A stretch of DNA of 57,906 nucleotides, from contig NEUQ01000001.1 in assembly GCA_002288445.1 (NCBI GenBank), positions 1-57,906 of the forward strand, in the 5' to 3' direction. Below are positions 1 through 11,222 of the stretch, in pieces. The DNA comes from Verrucomicrobiia bacterium Tous-C2TDCM. GTDB taxonomy: Bacteria > Verrucomicrobiota > Verrucomicrobiia > Verrucomicrobiales > DEV007. A program made the position numbers and the translations under genes. Positions within the stretch are counted from its first letter, which is position 1. Each line of letters starts with the position of its first letter. A model generated the notes under the pieces. That model ran no database searches. It had not been told where the DNA came from and saw nothing but the letters and a program-made list of their open reading frames with translations.

Positions 1-1
1 G

Positions 2-502
2 CCTGTTCTCGCCGGTGCCGATCCTGCCGCGGTTGCCAAGGCCCGCGCTCGCGTCGCCGTCGTTTACGAAGCTGTCGGTCGCGCCCGCAATCTCAAGGCC
101 GAATACGGTCTCGGCGCGACGAAGGGGGTCAAATTCATCGTCGACACCGAAGAAGGGAGCTTCCCCGAGTCGACCGTCTTTGCCCGTCTCGCCGGGGCCG
201 GTGAAGTCGTTGTTTCTCCCGGCCACGTAGCCGCCCAGGGCGTGCCTGCCGCGCTCACCGCGATCGGCAAGATCTACCTGCCCCTCGAGGGTCTGATCGA
301 CGTCGCCGCCGAGCGCGAACGCCTCGGCAAGGAGCGCGACAAGGCGCAGGACGAGCTGAAGAAGGTCAACGCCAAGCTCTCCAACGAGAATTTCGTCACC
401 CGCGCCCCCGAGGAAGTCATCGGCGAAATGAAGGAAAGGCAGAAACACTGGCACGCCCGCGTCGAGGAGCTCGAGAAGATGATGGGGAATTTGGGGAGCT
501 GA
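2..502 (+). CDS. valS: Valyl-tRNA synthetase, C-terminal part (5' end outside window)
   Basis: The frame is open from base 2. It ends in YLPLEGLIDVAAERERLGKE...KLSNENFVTRAPEEV, the ValRS C-terminal coiled coil. Confidence 0.93.
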   Translation, partial: PVLAGADPAAVAKARARVAVVYEAVGRARNLKAEYGLGATKGVKFIVDTEEGSFPESTVFARLAGAGEVVVSPGHVAAQGVPAALTAIGKIYLPLEGLIDVAAERERLGKERDKAQDELKKVNAKLSNENFVTRAPEEVIGEMKERQKHWHARVEELEKMMGNLGS

Positions 503-660
503 GGGGAAGAAGCGCCGGGCGTTCGAGGAAGGGAATCCATCACGCGATGCCTCGACGAAGTGCCGCTCGTGGCGGGGTGGGAGTCCTTTGTGCGGCGCAT
601 CCTTGATTCCGAGTTATCGATCAGATCGAGCGCGGGGACGAAGTGAAGCTCACCATCTTC

Positions 661-685
661 CGCCGGCAGGGATGCCGGCGCTCCC
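661..685. repeat. REP-like palindrome
   Basis: CGCCGGCA-GGGA-TGCCGGCG followed by CTCCC (GGGAG on the - strand), between convergent genes. This is the architecture of GTAG/GGAG-tagged REPs. Confidence 0.5.
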
Positions 686-690
686 ACCGC

Positions 691-3600
691 TTACTCGAAC
701 AAACTCATCAACTCGCCTTCGGACAAGTGCGCGTCGCCCGCCTCGGCGAGGAGGGATTCGGTGAGACTACGTTTGCGGTTTTGGAGCGAGAGGATTTTCT
801 CCTCGACGGTGTCGCGGGTGATGAGCTTGTAGCTCGTCACGACGCGGTCCTGCCCGATCCGGTGGGCACGGTCGGTCGCCTGGGCTTCGACGGCAGGGTT
901 CCACCAAGGATCGACGTGGATGACGGTGTCGGCGGCGGTGAGGTTCAGGCCGACCCCGCCGGCCTTCAGGCTGATGAGGAAGACGGGGGCGGCGCCGGAC
1001 TGGAACCGCTTCACGACGGAGGCGCGGTCTTTCGTCGAGCCGTCGAGGTAACAGAAGTCGATCCGTTTTGTCGCGAGCTCGCCGACGAGCAGTTGGAGCA
1101 TGCCGACAAACTGGCTGAAGACGAGGACGCGGTGCCCTCCTTCGACGGCTTCGTCGAGCAGCTCGCCGAGGACTTCGGCCTTCACCGAGGCTTCGACCTC
1201 CTCGAGTCCCTGCAGACCGAGGAGACGTAGGTCGCAGCAGGTCTGGCGCAGGCGTAACAGGGCGGTGAGGGCGAGCATGCGTTTCTTGCCTCCCTCGGCT
1301 TCGAGGAGGGAGGCCTTGCTCTCGCGGAGGAGCTTCGAGTAGACCTCGCGCTGCTTTGGCTTCAGGTCACAATAAACGACCTGCTCGATCTTTTCGGGTA
1401 GGTCGCGCGCGACCTCGCTCTTGAGACGACGCAACACGACGGGCCGGAGGCGGCGAGAAAGCCGCTCGCGCACCGCGGCCGGCGGATCGTTGGCCGAGAG
1501 CGGTTTCACAAACCGCTCCGCAAAACGCTCTCGGTTGCCGAGGTAGCCGGGCAGGGCGAAGCGTGCGATCGACCAGAGATCCTGCACCGAGTTCTCCACC
1601 GGCGTGCCGGTGAGGGCGAAGCGATGCGTGCCGCGCAGGCGATGCGCCGCCTGGCTCACCTGGGCCTCGGGATTCTTGATGTGCTGGGCCTCGTCGAGGA
1701 TGACGACGTCGAATTCGCGCTCGCGCCAGATCGCCTCGTCGCGACGGAGGAGGGCGTAGCTCGTCACGAAAAGATCAGCGTCGTGGTGTTCTGTCAGGGT
1801 CTTTTCACGGTCGGGACCCTCGATCGCGACGGCCTTCAATTCGGGAGTGAATTTTTCCGCTTCGGCGACCCAGTTGTGCACGAGGGAGGACGGGCAGACG
1901 ACGAGGGAACGACCGCCGACCGAGTAGAGGAAGGAAAGTGTCTGCAGCGTTTTCCCGAGACCCATGTCATCGGCGAGGATGCCGCCCATGCCGCGAGAGG
2001 CAAGGCCCTGCATCCATTCGACGCCCGCGCGCTGATACGGGCGCAAGGTCGCGGAGAGGGTTTCGCTCAATTCATAAAACTCGATCCCTTCCCCGCCCGA
2101 TTGCCAGGGCAGCTCGCCGGTGGCGGTGAGCCCGGCATCGGCCACGGTCTCGCGCAGGTAGTCGGCCTGCGATTGGTCGATTCGGTAGGTGCCGGGCTGG
2201 ATCTGCTGCGGATCGCAGTCGTTGAGGATCTCCCCGAGGTCCCCGGCAAAACGTGGATCGAGCACGGCGATCTTTCCGTTCGTTCCCGCCTTGCCGAGCC
2301 GCCCCGATTCGAGGAGGCGCTGGATTTCCTGACGCGAAACGGTCTCACCCGAGGGCGTTGCAAAACCGACCTCGAGGGCGAACCAGTCTTCCCCGCTGGA
2401 GCGGAAGCCCATTGTTGGCACGATGGGTTCGACCTGGCCGAGGGCGTGCTCGAAACGCTCGCCCGGCTGGGTTTCCCAGCGGCGTTGGAAGGCGGGATAG
2501 CCGTGGGCGAGGAATTGCAGGATCGCCTCCTTGTCCTTCAGAACGAATCGTCCGCCCTCGCCCCTCCGTGCAAAACCGGCGGCCTCGATTTCGGCGATGG
2601 CGGCACGTTCCGCGTTGGTATCGGCGAGAATGAGGCGGTCGTCCTCCTCCCACACGGCGGGACGGTCCGACGTGGCGGGCATTTCCTTCGTGCCATAAAG
2701 AAAGACAAGATCGACATCGAGGTGATTGAGCGATCCCTCGACTAACAAACGCACCAGAGGTGTGGCCCGCGAAACCTCGATCCCTATCGTGTCGAAATGA
2801 AGACGCCAGGCGGCAAGTCGCTCGGGAAATGACGCGCCATCGACCGAAGTCCCCTTCGTGAGGAGATCGACCGCATCCTCGAGTCCGTGGGCGACGGGTT
2901 GCAGGGTGTCCTTTCCGTCAAAGGCCCAGGTGCCTGCCGAACTTACCAGCGGCACGACTCCCTTCGGCCATTCGATGCGGAAGCGTAGGCATCCGCCCCG
3001 CTTCAAGAGCGGACGCAGGGGCCGGTGCGAGACGCGGAGCGGCCCCGCTTTGCCGAGGGTGAGTCCGGGATGGCCCGGGATCGCCGCGAAGAGACGCGAG
3101 AGATCGTCCGTCCCGATCAGGAGCGCGCCCGGCACTTCCGTCGGCGAAAGTTCCTGCAAGACGCGGAAGAGTGCGGCATCGCCCGCGTCGAGAAAGAGCC
3201 GCGTTTTTGCCGGCAGCGCACGAAAAAGCCCGCGCCCGCCTTCGCGGGAAACCTCGACCCCTACGGTGAGACGGCCTTTTTCCCAGGCGGTGGCCAGATT
3301 CGGGGCGATAACGAGGTGCAGCGACGCGGGGACCGCTCCGTCTTCGGCCTCTTCGGTGCAGGTCGGCCAGTCGGGATGCAGGGGCGTCTTTGCCGGGGCA
3401 GCAGATGCCGGAGAGGCGGTCCCTGGCGCAGACCTCGTTTCCGGTTTCGGAGCGGTCGGCTCGAGCACTTCGAGTCCGGTGGCGAGGGCGTGGGCGCAGA
3501 TGATCCCGTCGCGCCGCGCGCGGAAGCACGGGCAATGGTTCACGACATCGGTTCGCGAGCGGATCTCGAGACGGACCTTCAGCGTTTTCGCGCCTTCCCT

Positions 3601-3741
3601 TACCTCGGCTTCGAGGAGACCGTCGCGGTAGGTCGCACCGCTCACCCGACCTGCCGCATGAATGGCGCGGGCCTCCTTCATCTCCTTCCACCCACCGGTG
3701 TCGGAGAGAAACTGGCGGCTGAGTTCGACGGGCTGGGGCAT
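691..3741 (-). CDS. SNF2-family (DEAQ) helicase with N-terminal SWIM zinc finger
   Basis: SWIM motif CPC...ICAH; LADDMGLGKT, LDEAQ, LTGTPVEN, SLKAGGVGLNL, QATDRAHRIGQ. Start set at the ATG of MPQPVEL. Confidence 0.93.
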   Translation of the reverse strand: MPQPVELSRQFLSDTGGWKEMKEARAIHAAGRVSGATYRDGLLEAEVREGAKTLKVRLEIRSRTDVVNHCPCFRARRDGIICAHALATGLEVLEPTAPKPETRSAPGTASPASAAPAKTPLHPDWPTCTEEAEDGAVPASLHLVIAPNLATAWEKGRLTVGVEVSREGGRGLFRALPAKTRLFLDAGDAALFRVLQELSPTEVPGALLIGTDDLSRLFAAIPGHPGLTLGKAGPLRVSHRPLRPLLKRGGCLRFRIEWPKGVVPLVSSAGTWAFDGKDTLQPVAHGLEDAVDLLTKGTSVDGASFPERLAAWRLHFDTIGIEVSRATPLVRLLVEGSLNHLDVDLVFLYGTKEMPATSDRPAVWEEDDRLILADTNAERAAIAEIEAAGFARRGEGGRFVLKDKEAILQFLAHGYPAFQRRWETQPGERFEHALGQVEPIVPTMGFRSSGEDWFALEVGFATPSGETVSRQEIQRLLESGRLGKAGTNGKIAVLDPRFAGDLGEILNDCDPQQIQPGTYRIDQSQADYLRETVADAGLTATGELPWQSGGEGIEFYELSETLSATLRPYQRAGVEWMQGLASRGMGGILADDMGLGKTLQTLSFLYSVGGRSLVVCPSSLVHNWVAEAEKFTPELKAVAIEGPDREKTLTEHHDADLFVTSYALLRRDEAIWREREFDVVILDEAQHIKNPEAQVSQAAHRLRGTHRFALTGTPVENSVQDLWSIARFALPGYLGNRERFAERFVKPLSANDPPAAVRERLSRRLRPVVLRRLKSEVARDLPEKIEQVVYCDLKPKQREVYSKLLRESKASLLEAEGGKKRMLALTALLRLRQTCCDLRLLGLQGLEEVEASVKAEVLGELLDEAVEGGHRVLVFSQFVGMLQLLVGELATKRIDFCYLDGSTKDRASVVKRFQSGAAPVFLISLKAGGVGLNLTAADTVIHVDPWWNPAVEAQATDRAHRIGQDRVVTSYKLITRDTVEEKILSLQNRKRSLTESLLAEAGDAHLSEGELMSLFE

Positions 3742-3849
3742 GGTGGGGGGAGTAGAAGTAGGGGAAAAGCGTGGCGATTGCAAATGGGGGGCCGTTCACA
3801 AAGTCGCTGCAAAAGTCCGTCCTCCGGCGAAAGATTCCCTCTACGATCC

Positions 3850-4848
3850 ATGCGCCATTCCTCCTTCGTTTCCCTGCTCCGGGCCGTGCTCTCCACGCCA
3901 ACGGCTCCCTACCACGAATACCACGTCGTGCGGCTCGTCCGCGAACGACTGGCGGGGCTGCGGCACGTTTCGGTCGAGGCCGACGCCTTCGGCAATCTCA
4001 TCGCCTGCTACCGACGCGGGAGGAAAAAGCCTCACCTCGCGTTCGCCGCGCACTTGGATCATCCGGGCTGGGTCCGGCATGCGGGGGAGGCCGTCTTTCT
4101 GGGCGGTGTCCCGGAGGAACGGCTCGAAACCCATCCTGTGGAGTGGTTCGGCGATTTTGGAATGTGGCAATTGAAGCCGTTCGAGATTCGGGAGGGATGG
4201 GTCCACGCTCGCGTCTGCGACGACCTGGTGGGCTGTGCCGCGATCCTCGCGATGTTCGCCGACCTCGAGAAGCAAGAGGTTGAAGCCACCGTCTACGGAC
4301 TCTTCACCCGCGCCGAGGAAGTTGGCTTCGTCGGATCGATCGAGCTCGCAAAACGCTGGCCGCTTCCCGCCGGAGTGCGATTTGTCTCCCTCGAGACGAG
4401 CGCCCCGCGCGGGGGGGCGGAGCAGGGCAAGGGGCCTGTCATTCGCGTCGGCGACCGCACGAGCGTGTTTGACGACGCCGTCACCGCCGAACTCCTCGAC
4501 GCCGCCGTCGCCGTGAAGATCCCGCACCAGCGCACCCTCCTCGACGGAGGCTCCTGCGAGGCCACCGCGATGAATCTTTACGGGATCCCCTCGGCGGGAA
4601 TCTCTGTCCTTCTCGGCAACTATCACAATTGCCCGCCCGCGCAAGGTATCGCGGAGGAATATGTCTCGCTTGCAGACGTGAAAGGCCTTGTTAGGCTGAT
4701 CACCGCCACGGCGATCCGAACGGCTGCGGGAAGGTCTGGTGACTCTGCGAAAACCCGCCTGCGCCAACGCCTCGAAGAGCGCCTCCGCGACCACCGCCCT
4801 TATGAACGTGCCGCGCGGAAGGCGTGGAAGAAGGAGTCGCGGGGCTGA
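3850..4848 (+). CDS. M20/M28/M42-clan metallopeptidase/hydrolase
   Basis: [22 protein letters not shown] and NYHN metal-ligand motifs. Start at the ATG of MRHSSF; the longer ORF-track extension is antisense to SNF2. Confidence 0.8.
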   Translation: MRHSSFVSLLRAVLSTPTAPYHEYHVVRLVRERLAGLRHVSVEADAFGNLIACYRRGRKKPHLAFAAHLDHPGWVRHAGEAVFLGGVPEERLETHPVEWFGDFGMWQLKPFEIREGWVHARVCDDLVGCAAILAMFADLEKQEVEATVYGLFTRAEEVGFVGSIELAKRWPLPAGVRFVSLETSAPRGGAEQGKGPVIRVGDRTSVFDDAVTAELLDAAVAVKIPHQRTLLDGGSCEATAMNLYGIPSAGISVLLGNYHNCPPAQGIAEEYVSLADVKGLVRLITATAIRTAAGRSGDSAKTRLRQRLEERLRDHRPYERAARKAWKKESRG

Positions 4849-4927
4849 TGGGCGCCCCATTCCTGCTTGCGATGCACCGCAAATGCGCCAAGGGTTGCGC
4901 CTCGAAAATCGAACCCAGTCCCCAGCC

Positions 4928-6916
4928 ATGAGCGCCCTGAATCACGTCGCCCTTTCCCAAGCCGCCACCGAGGCCCGCGGCCTCGCCATCGATGCCGTCC
5001 ACAAGTGCAATTCCGGCCACCTCGGCCTGCCCCTCGGAGCGGCTGAGATCGGAGCGGTGCTCTTCGGCAGCGACCTCCGCCACGACCCCGCCCAGCCCAA
5101 GTGGCTCAACCGCGACCGCTTCGTCCTCTCGGCCGGCCACGGCAGCATGTTCCTCTACGGCTGGCTCCATCTCTCAGGCTATGACCTGCCGATGGAGGAG
5201 GTGAAGAACTTCCGCCAGCTCCACAGCAAGACCCCCGGACACCCCGAGTTCGCCGAGACCGTCGGGGTCGAGGCCACGACCGGTCCGCTCGGCCAAGGTG
5301 TCGGCAACGCGGTCGGCTACGCCCTCTCGGCGAAGATGGCGGCGGCCAAATTCAATACGGCCGACCACGTCATTTTCGACCAGACGATCGTCTGTCTCGC
5401 GGGCGACGGCTGTCTCCAGGAAGGCGTCGCCTCGGAGGCGATTGCCTTCGCGGGGCACTTCGGCTTGGACAACCTCGTCCTGATCTATGACTCCAACGAC
5501 GTCACCCTCGATGCCATGGCCGAGGTGACGCAGAGCTACGATGCCTGCAAGCGTTTCGAAGCGTTCGGCTGGGACGCGGTGCAGGTCGATGGGCACGATC
5601 TCGACGCCCTTCATGCTGCGATCACCGCGGCCAAAGCCAACCGCAACGGCAAACCGAAGCTGATCGAAGCTAAGACCATCATCGGCAAGGGCATTCCCCA
5701 GGTCGCGGGAACGGCCGCGGGACACGGCGAAGGCGGGGCGAAATTCTCCGACGAAGCCCGCAAGGGACTCGGTCTTCCCGAAGAGCATTTCTCTGTCTCC
5801 GAAGGAACTCGCGCCTATTTCGCTGATCACAGTGCGAAGCTCGCCGCCGCCTACGGTGCCTGGGAAAAGACCTTCGCCGCCTGGCAGTCCGCCAATCCGG
5901 AACTCGCGAAGCAGCTTGACGACGCGATCGCGGGACGCACCCCCGAAGACCTGCTCGACCTCATCCCTGAATTTGCAGCCGACTACAAGGGCGCGACGCG
6001 GGCCTCGGGCGGCGACGTGATTCAGGCGGTGGCGAAGGCGGTGCCTTCGCTCATCACCGGGAGCGCCGACCTCTTCGGCTCGACGAAGAATTACCTCAAG
6101 AATGGCGGTGATTTCTCCCGCACCAACTACGCCGGACGAAACGTCTGGTATGGCATTCGCGAGCATGCCATGGGCGCGATTCTCAACGGGATCGCCTACG
6201 ACGGGATTTTCCGCGCCACGGGTGCGACCTTCGCGGTTTTCGCCGACTACCTGCGTCCTTCGATCCGCCTTGCCGGTCTCGCCCATCTCCCGGTCGGTTA
6301 CATTTTCACGCACGACTCCGTCGGGGTCGGGGAAGACGGTCCGACCCACCAGCCCGTCGAGACCGTGAGCGGCCTGCGCGTCATTCCGAACGTCGACGTG
6401 ATCCGTCCCGGCGATCCCGAGGAATCCGCCGGTGCCTTCGCGGCGATGATCGAGAAGAAGGACGGCCCCACCGTGCTTTTCCTGACCCGCCAGAACATCG
6501 CGACCCTGTCCTCCATTCCCGCGAAAACGCGCCGCGAGGGCGTTCTCAAGGGCGGTTACATCGCAAAGAAGGAAACGGGTGCCCTCACCACGATCCTCCT
6601 CGCCACTGGCAGCGAACTGCAGCATGCGATGAAGGCTGCGGAGGAGCTCGGTGACGGTGTCCGGGTCGTCTCGATGCCCTGTCTCGAGCGTTTCGACCGC
6701 CAGCCCGCCTCCTACCGCGAGGAAGTCCTCCCTGCGTCGTGCACGAAGCGCGTCGCGATCGAGGCCGGGGTTAGCGGACTCTGGTGGAAATATGTCGGTA
6801 GCGCCGGCGCCGTCGTCGGAATCGATCGTTTCGGCATCAGTGCGCCTGGTGACACGGTAATGAGCGAGCTCGGGATGACTGCGGCGAATCTCGTCGAGGT
6901 CGTGAAGGGCCTCTAG
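4928..6916 (+). CDS. tkt: Transketolase
   Basis: [60 protein letters not shown]. Confidence 0.97.
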   Translation: MSALNHVALSQAATEARGLAIDAVHKCNSGHLGLPLGAAEIGAVLFGSDLRHDPAQPKWLNRDRFVLSAGHGSMFLYGWLHLSGYDLPMEEVKNFRQLHSKTPGHPEFAETVGVEATTGPLGQGVGNAVGYALSAKMAAAKFNTADHVIFDQTIVCLAGDGCLQEGVASEAIAFAGHFGLDNLVLIYDSNDVTLDAMAEVTQSYDACKRFEAFGWDAVQVDGHDLDALHAAITAAKANRNGKPKLIEAKTIIGKGIPQVAGTAAGHGEGGAKFSDEARKGLGLPEEHFSVSEGTRAYFADHSAKLAAAYGAWEKTFAAWQSANPELAKQLDDAIAGRTPEDLLDLIPEFAADYKGATRASGGDVIQAVAKAVPSLITGSADLFGSTKNYLKNGGDFSRTNYAGRNVWYGIREHAMGAILNGIAYDGIFRATGATFAVFADYLRPSIRLAGLAHLPVGYIFTHDSVGVGEDGPTHQPVETVSGLRVIPNVDVIRPGDPEESAGAFAAMIEKKDGPTVLFLTRQNIATLSSIPAKTRREGVLKGGYIAKKETGALTTILLATGSELQHAMKAAEELGDGVRVVSMPCLERFDRQPASYREEVLPASCTKRVAIEAGVSGLWWKYVGSAGAVVGIDRFGISAPGDTVMSELGMTAANLVEVVKGL

Positions 6917-7001
6917 GACTCCAATTTCCTCTGCTGACCAAAATCACCGGGAAGCGCCAATCCCCTCTGGTAAATTTAGCTTTTGTTATTTATCTTGGCG
7001 G

Positions 7002-7736
7002 ATGCAGCGCCTCCTCGTGATTTTGTCTCTGTTCCTCGTGCTTTCTGGAACGGCCCGAGCGTTCGAGTTGCCGCCGCAGTCGACCCAACTGATCGTTGGG
7101 ACCGCGGCGGACTGGGATTCCTCAAGCGTGAAGCTGAGCTTTTTCGAGAGGCAGTCGGGCGGTCCGTGGCAGGCCACGGGCTTCCACTGGACGGGACGCC
7201 TCGGCAAGAACGGACTCATCTGGGGGCGCGGACTGCACCCCGTGCCGACTGGGGCGAAGATGAAAACCGAGGGCGACCGGCGCGCTCCTGCGGGTGTCTT
7301 TGATCTCGGCGGTGCCTGGGGCTATGCGCCAACGATTCAGAAAGCCCCTTCACTCAGCTATGTCCAGATCACGACCCGTGACCTCTGGTTCGAGGAGGTA
7401 AGCTCCCCGCTCTACAACCAGTATCTCCGCATCGATCACGAACCGGCCACCATCGAGGAGAAAAAAGCCCAGATGAAGCAGGGCGACCACGCCCACTCAT
7501 TGAAACTGTTCATCGCCCACAACGCCTATCCAAACATCCAGCGTGGAGCCGGGTCGTCGATCTTCTTTCATATTTGGCGTAACGGTGGCAATGCCACCAC
7601 CTTCGGCTGCACGACGATGTCCGAGGACAATCTGAAGCGGCTGATTGCCACGATCCAACCCGAGCGGCGTCCGATCTATGTGCTGTTGCCCGAGGCAGAA
7701 TACGCCCGCGTCCGCGCTGCGTGGAAACTACCCTGA
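7002..7736 (+). CDS. Secreted L,D-transpeptidase (YkuD-like) family protein
   Basis: Signal peptide, EGDRRAPAG, and the catalytic H...C motif IFFHIW...TFGC. Confidence 0.8.
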   Translation: MQRLLVILSLFLVLSGTARAFELPPQSTQLIVGTAADWDSSSVKLSFFERQSGGPWQATGFHWTGRLGKNGLIWGRGLHPVPTGAKMKTEGDRRAPAGVFDLGGAWGYAPTIQKAPSLSYVQITTRDLWFEEVSSPLYNQYLRIDHEPATIEEKKAQMKQGDHAHSLKLFIAHNAYPNIQRGAGSSIFFHIWRNGGNATTFGCTTMSEDNLKRLIATIQPERRPIYVLLPEAEYARVRAAWKLP

Positions 7737-7769
7737 AGTCAGGCTGGAAAAGGTCGCAACGTGGGCCGT

Positions 7770-8609
7770 TCAGCGGCGCGAGGGAAGCATGTATCCGAGG
7801 AGATCGCCAATGCGCTCGCGCATGATGGTGCGTGGCACGATCATGTCGACGAGTCCATGATCGAGGAGAAACTCGGCGGTCTGGAACCCGGGCGGGAGAT
7901 TTTGGTGAGTCGTCTCCTTGATGACGCGCGGACCGGCGAAGCCGATCATGCAATTTGGCTCGGCCATGATGATGTCTCCGAGGGTGGCGAAGCTGGCGGT
8001 AACACCACCCGTAGTCGGGTGGGTGAGAATCGACAGATAGGGCAGGCCGGCGGCGTGGTGGCGAGCGAGGGCTCCGCTCGTTTTCGCCATCTGCATGAGG
8101 CTGAGGATGCCCTCGTGCATGCGGGCACCGCCGGAGGCACAAACGATGATCGCGGCGCGGCGCTCATCGGTCGCCACCTCGACCGCTCTGGTCAGCTTTT
8201 CGCCAACGGCCGAGCCCATGCTGGCGCCGAGGAAGCGGAAGTCCATCACGCCGATGGTGATCGGGTGCGAGAGGATGGTGCCACGGCCGGTGAGGACCGC
8301 GTCTTTCAGGCCGGTTTTTTTCTGATAAGCCTTCACCTTGTCGGTGTATCCCTTGAAACCGAGCGCGTCCGTGGACTCGAGGGTGGGATCGAGTTCGTCA
8401 AATGAACCCGGATCGAGGAGCATGGCGACGCGCTCTTGCGAGGTCAGGGTAAAGTGGTGATCGCATTTCGTGCAGACGCGGTGGCGCTGCTTCAGTGTGA
8501 TCTCATCAATGATCGCTCCGCAGGAAGGGCACTTGTTCCAAAGGCCCTCCGGCATGTCGGTCTTTTTTTTTCCGAGCGAGCTAATCGAGCGTTTTTTGAA
8601 AATGCCCAT
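7770..8609 (-). CDS. accD: Acetyl-CoA carboxylase carboxyltransferase beta subunit
   Basis: LWNKCPSC...CTKC zinc finger, GASMGS, SGGARMHEG, PTTGGVTAS, GFAGPRVI. Confidence 0.96.
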   Translation of the reverse strand: MGIFKKRSISSLGKKKTDMPEGLWNKCPSCGAIIDEITLKQRHRVCTKCDHHFTLTSQERVAMLLDPGSFDELDPTLESTDALGFKGYTDKVKAYQKKTGLKDAVLTGRGTILSHPITIGVMDFRFLGASMGSAVGEKLTRAVEVATDERRAAIIVCASGGARMHEGILSLMQMAKTSGALARHHAAGLPYLSILTHPTTGGVTASFATLGDIIMAEPNCMIGFAGPRVIKETTHQNLPPGFQTAEFLLDHGLVDMIVPRTIMRERIGDLLGYMLPSRR

Positions 8610-8711
8610 AAAGCGTGTTTGAGCCGATGGTGGGAGTCTGTAGGTGTTCCGGGGTCTGCACCTCGGTCGGCAAGGATAGCGGTTCCTGCCGCCGACACAA
8701 CCGTTTTTCCG

Positions 8712-9503
8712 TCACCCTCGAAGCACTGAGACCGCTGCGATTTGATCGATTTCCATCGTCTCGCGCAAGACGGCCGCGCACTCGGAGACGGTCGTGCCGG
8801 TCGTGATGACATCGTCAACGAGAAGGATCCGCGCTCCGCCGGGCGGGGCTTCGGGGAGTCGGCGGGCCGGGGCGAAGACGTCCGTGAGGTTGGCGAGCCG
8901 CTCGCGCCGATCGAGGCGGGCCTGGCGTTCGCGCTCTCCGGTGCGGCGAAGAAGGGAACGGAGGGTCAGCTGCATTCCCTGCGGCGCTCGGCTGACGAAT
9001 TCGCGCGCCAGTTCATGCGATTGGTTGAAGCCGCGTTCGCGCTGACGTTTTCGATGCAGGGGCACCGGCACGACCCACCAAGAGCGGGTTTCGCGAAGGC
9101 GCTCATCGCGCCAAACTTCGTCGAGGAGCACCCCAAGGAGTCGGGCGAGGTGCCGCTCTTTGGCGTATTTGAAGCGGTGGACGAGCCCCTTCCCGGCTCC
9201 CGCCCCGCGAAAGGCGCTCACGGCAAAGTCGACCGCGAGCTCGCGATCGCCGCAGTTGCCGCAGCGGAAGGGCAAGGATGAGGTCCCGTCGAAACCCTGA
9301 CCACAGACCCGGCAGTAGTGGTCGCCGATAGGCGTCAACGCCGCCTCGCAGGCCTCGCAAAGGAAGGGCACCGCGATCTGGCGGGTAGCGGAAAGAGGGA
9401 ATTCGCACGTGGCGCAGAGCGGTGGGTAGATCCAGCCGACGACCGCTTGGCGGATCCGGTCGGTCCGCGTCTCCAAGTGGGTTCGCCGGAAGCGCGCCAT
9501 CAT
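8712..9503 (-). CDS. ComF-family protein (double zinc ribbon plus phosphoribosyltransferase fold)
   Basis: Four CxxC pairs, VPVPLH, RGFNQS, LLVDDVITTGTT. The start overlaps the upstream stop (ATGA). Confidence 0.88.
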   Translation of the reverse strand: MMARFRRTHLETRTDRIRQAVVGWIYPPLCATCEFPLSATRQIAVPFLCEACEAALTPIGDHYCRVCGQGFDGTSSLPFRCGNCGDRELAVDFAVSAFRGAGAGKGLVHRFKYAKERHLARLLGVLLDEVWRDERLRETRSWWVVPVPLHRKRQRERGFNQSHELAREFVSRAPQGMQLTLRSLLRRTGERERQARLDRRERLANLTDVFAPARRLPEAPPGGARILLVDDVITTGTTVSECAAVLRETMEIDQIAAVSVLRG

Positions 9504-10522
9504 TCGTGTTCCGCAAAGGGATTCCCGTAGCGCCGCCTCAGCCACAGCCAGAGGGCGAGGCCGGTCAGCGAGACGACCAGACAGGAGATCACCCCGACAC
9601 GGAGCGTGTCGCCGAGCCAAGGCATCATTTCGGCGGGAGCAAAGGCCCGTGTCGTCATCGGACTGAGCGTTTTCACCCCGAAGACCCAGCCAGCATGCAG
9701 GCCGATCCCGAGCCAGAGCGAGCCCGTCTTCATCCGCGTGTAGCCGAGGACGAGCCCGATCGAGAAAAGCACCGCGAACTCGGCGAGTAGGAAAGAGGGA
9801 TTGGCGAATTGGGAAAAGAAATGGCCGAAGATCTCTCCCACCATCCAGAGCCCGGTCGTCGCTGTCACTTTTCCGGCTTCGAGTCCGTGGGGAGGGTTGA
9901 AAAAATGGATCACGGCGAAGAAAGCCGCGATGACGAGGAAAAGCGCCCTTGGTTTGAGCCACTTTGCGACGACGACGTGCAGCGCTCCGCGGAAGACAAA
10001 TTCCTCGAGCAAGCCGACGGCGAGTCCCGTCCCGAGGGCGGTCGCGAGGATGCGCGTGAGAGGTTTTCCTGCGTCACGGACCTCATACCAGCCCTGCCCC
10101 ACGTAGAACCACCCGAGGAGAAGGAGTGTTCCGCCCGCGATGACAAATCCAACGAGAAGATGGCTCCACCAGCGGCGGTTCGGGGAGAGGTGGAAGAATC
10201 GCAGCATCGATTCGCCATACCCGCAGTCTGACGATGCCGATCCCAACTTTGGTTTTCCCGCATTGAGCCATCGCAGCACCGGCCAGAGCAGCAGCACCGC
10301 AGCGAGGAGAACGGCGCGGTTGAAGTAGCGAGAGAATTTCGCCCGCTCCATCGATCCGTGCAGCCCTTCGAGCCAGCCTCCTTCGAGCCAGCCCTCGGCT
10401 ACGGCCTGTTTGCCGCCCCAATAGAGAGGCGGGGCGAGGAGCGCGCCGAGCAGCATCGTCCCGAGCAGGTAGACGAGGATCTTGAAGACGCTGGACTGGA
10501 AAAAAGGCAGGCGCTCCGACAT
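9500..10522 (-). CDS. CPBP (CAAX/Abi) family intramembrane metalloprotease
   Basis: Multiple TM segments with EEFVFRG, FAVIH and HAGW motifs. Confidence 0.88.
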   Translation of the reverse strand: MSERLPFFQSSVFKILVYLLGTMLLGALLAPPLYWGGKQAVAEGWLEGGWLEGLHGSMERAKFSRYFNRAVLLAAVLLLWPVLRWLNAGKPKLGSASSDCGYGESMLRFFHLSPNRRWWSHLLVGFVIAGGTLLLLGWFYVGQGWYEVRDAGKPLTRILATALGTGLAVGLLEEFVFRGALHVVVAKWLKPRALFLVIAAFFAVIHFFNPPHGLEAGKVTATTGLWMVGEIFGHFFSQFANPSFLLAEFAVLFSIGLVLGYTRMKTGSLWLGIGLHAGWVFGVKTLSPMTTRAFAPAEMMPWLGDTLRVGVISCLVVSLTGLALWLWLRRRYGNPFAEHE

Positions 10523-10610
10523 GGGAGCCGATACGATGAAACGAGCGCGATGGCAAGACCAGAGCGCGGGCCTTGCATCCGCTCGGCTCTGGGTGAGAAT
10601 GATCCCTCCC

Positions 10611-11132
10611 ATGCATGCTTCCCGACCTCTGTTCTCTGCACTCTTCTTGATTTTGGCGCTCACCGGTTTCCTTGCCGGGCCGGCCCACGCCTATCGCCTT
10701 TCGACCCGGGATCTCCGCAATCTTGGTTATCTCGGAACCTATCGCGGTTTCCTCGAAGGCACTGTCGGCACCTGGAACCGCGTTCGCTACGAGGAGACTC
10801 TCATCGGCGCTCCGGCGATCGAGTCTCCCGACGCGAACGGGCGCAGGGTCATCACCGGGCCAAGCGGGCGGAACGGCTTTTTCCTCACGCGCGTTTCTGC
10901 CAGCGGGAATCTCCGCCGGGCCACGATCCGCTATGCTTACTCCGGCACCTCGTTCAATCCTGTTTATGGCGAAACCATGTATGGATCGGGACAAAAGACC
11001 GTTCAATTCGTGCGACGGGGCTACTCGAGGGTCCGTTACGAGATCACTACCAACGATGTTTTCGAGGAGCGCTCCGTCTTCGATGATTCACTTTTCACTT
11101 TCTGGCGCCTCGGCGGATCCTACGCCCGCTGA
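10611..11132 (+). CDS. Secreted hypothetical protein, paralog 1 of a tandem pair
   Basis: Signal peptide ending AHA. Shares DLRxLGYxGxYRG, TGPSGRNGFFL and RRATIR with the next gene. Confidence 0.8.
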   Translation: MHASRPLFSALFLILALTGFLAGPAHAYRLSTRDLRNLGYLGTYRGFLEGTVGTWNRVRYEETLIGAPAIESPDANGRRVITGPSGRNGFFLTRVSASGNLRRATIRYAYSGTSFNPVYGETMYGSGQKTVQFVRRGYSRVRYEITTNDVFEERSVFDDSLFTFWRLGGSYAR

Positions 11133-11222
11133 GCTGGCCCGATCGGGCCGGGGTGGCGATGCTTGCACGACGACGCAAAGGGCGCGATGGTGATACTGTC
11201 CCTGCAACTCCACCTGCGCGTC

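Noticed and set aside
606-672. PDZ-like peptide FRVIDQIERGDEVKLTIFRR in the valS-SNF2 gap
   Set aside because: It is too short and has no supporting start or further homology, so it cannot be distinguished from chance.
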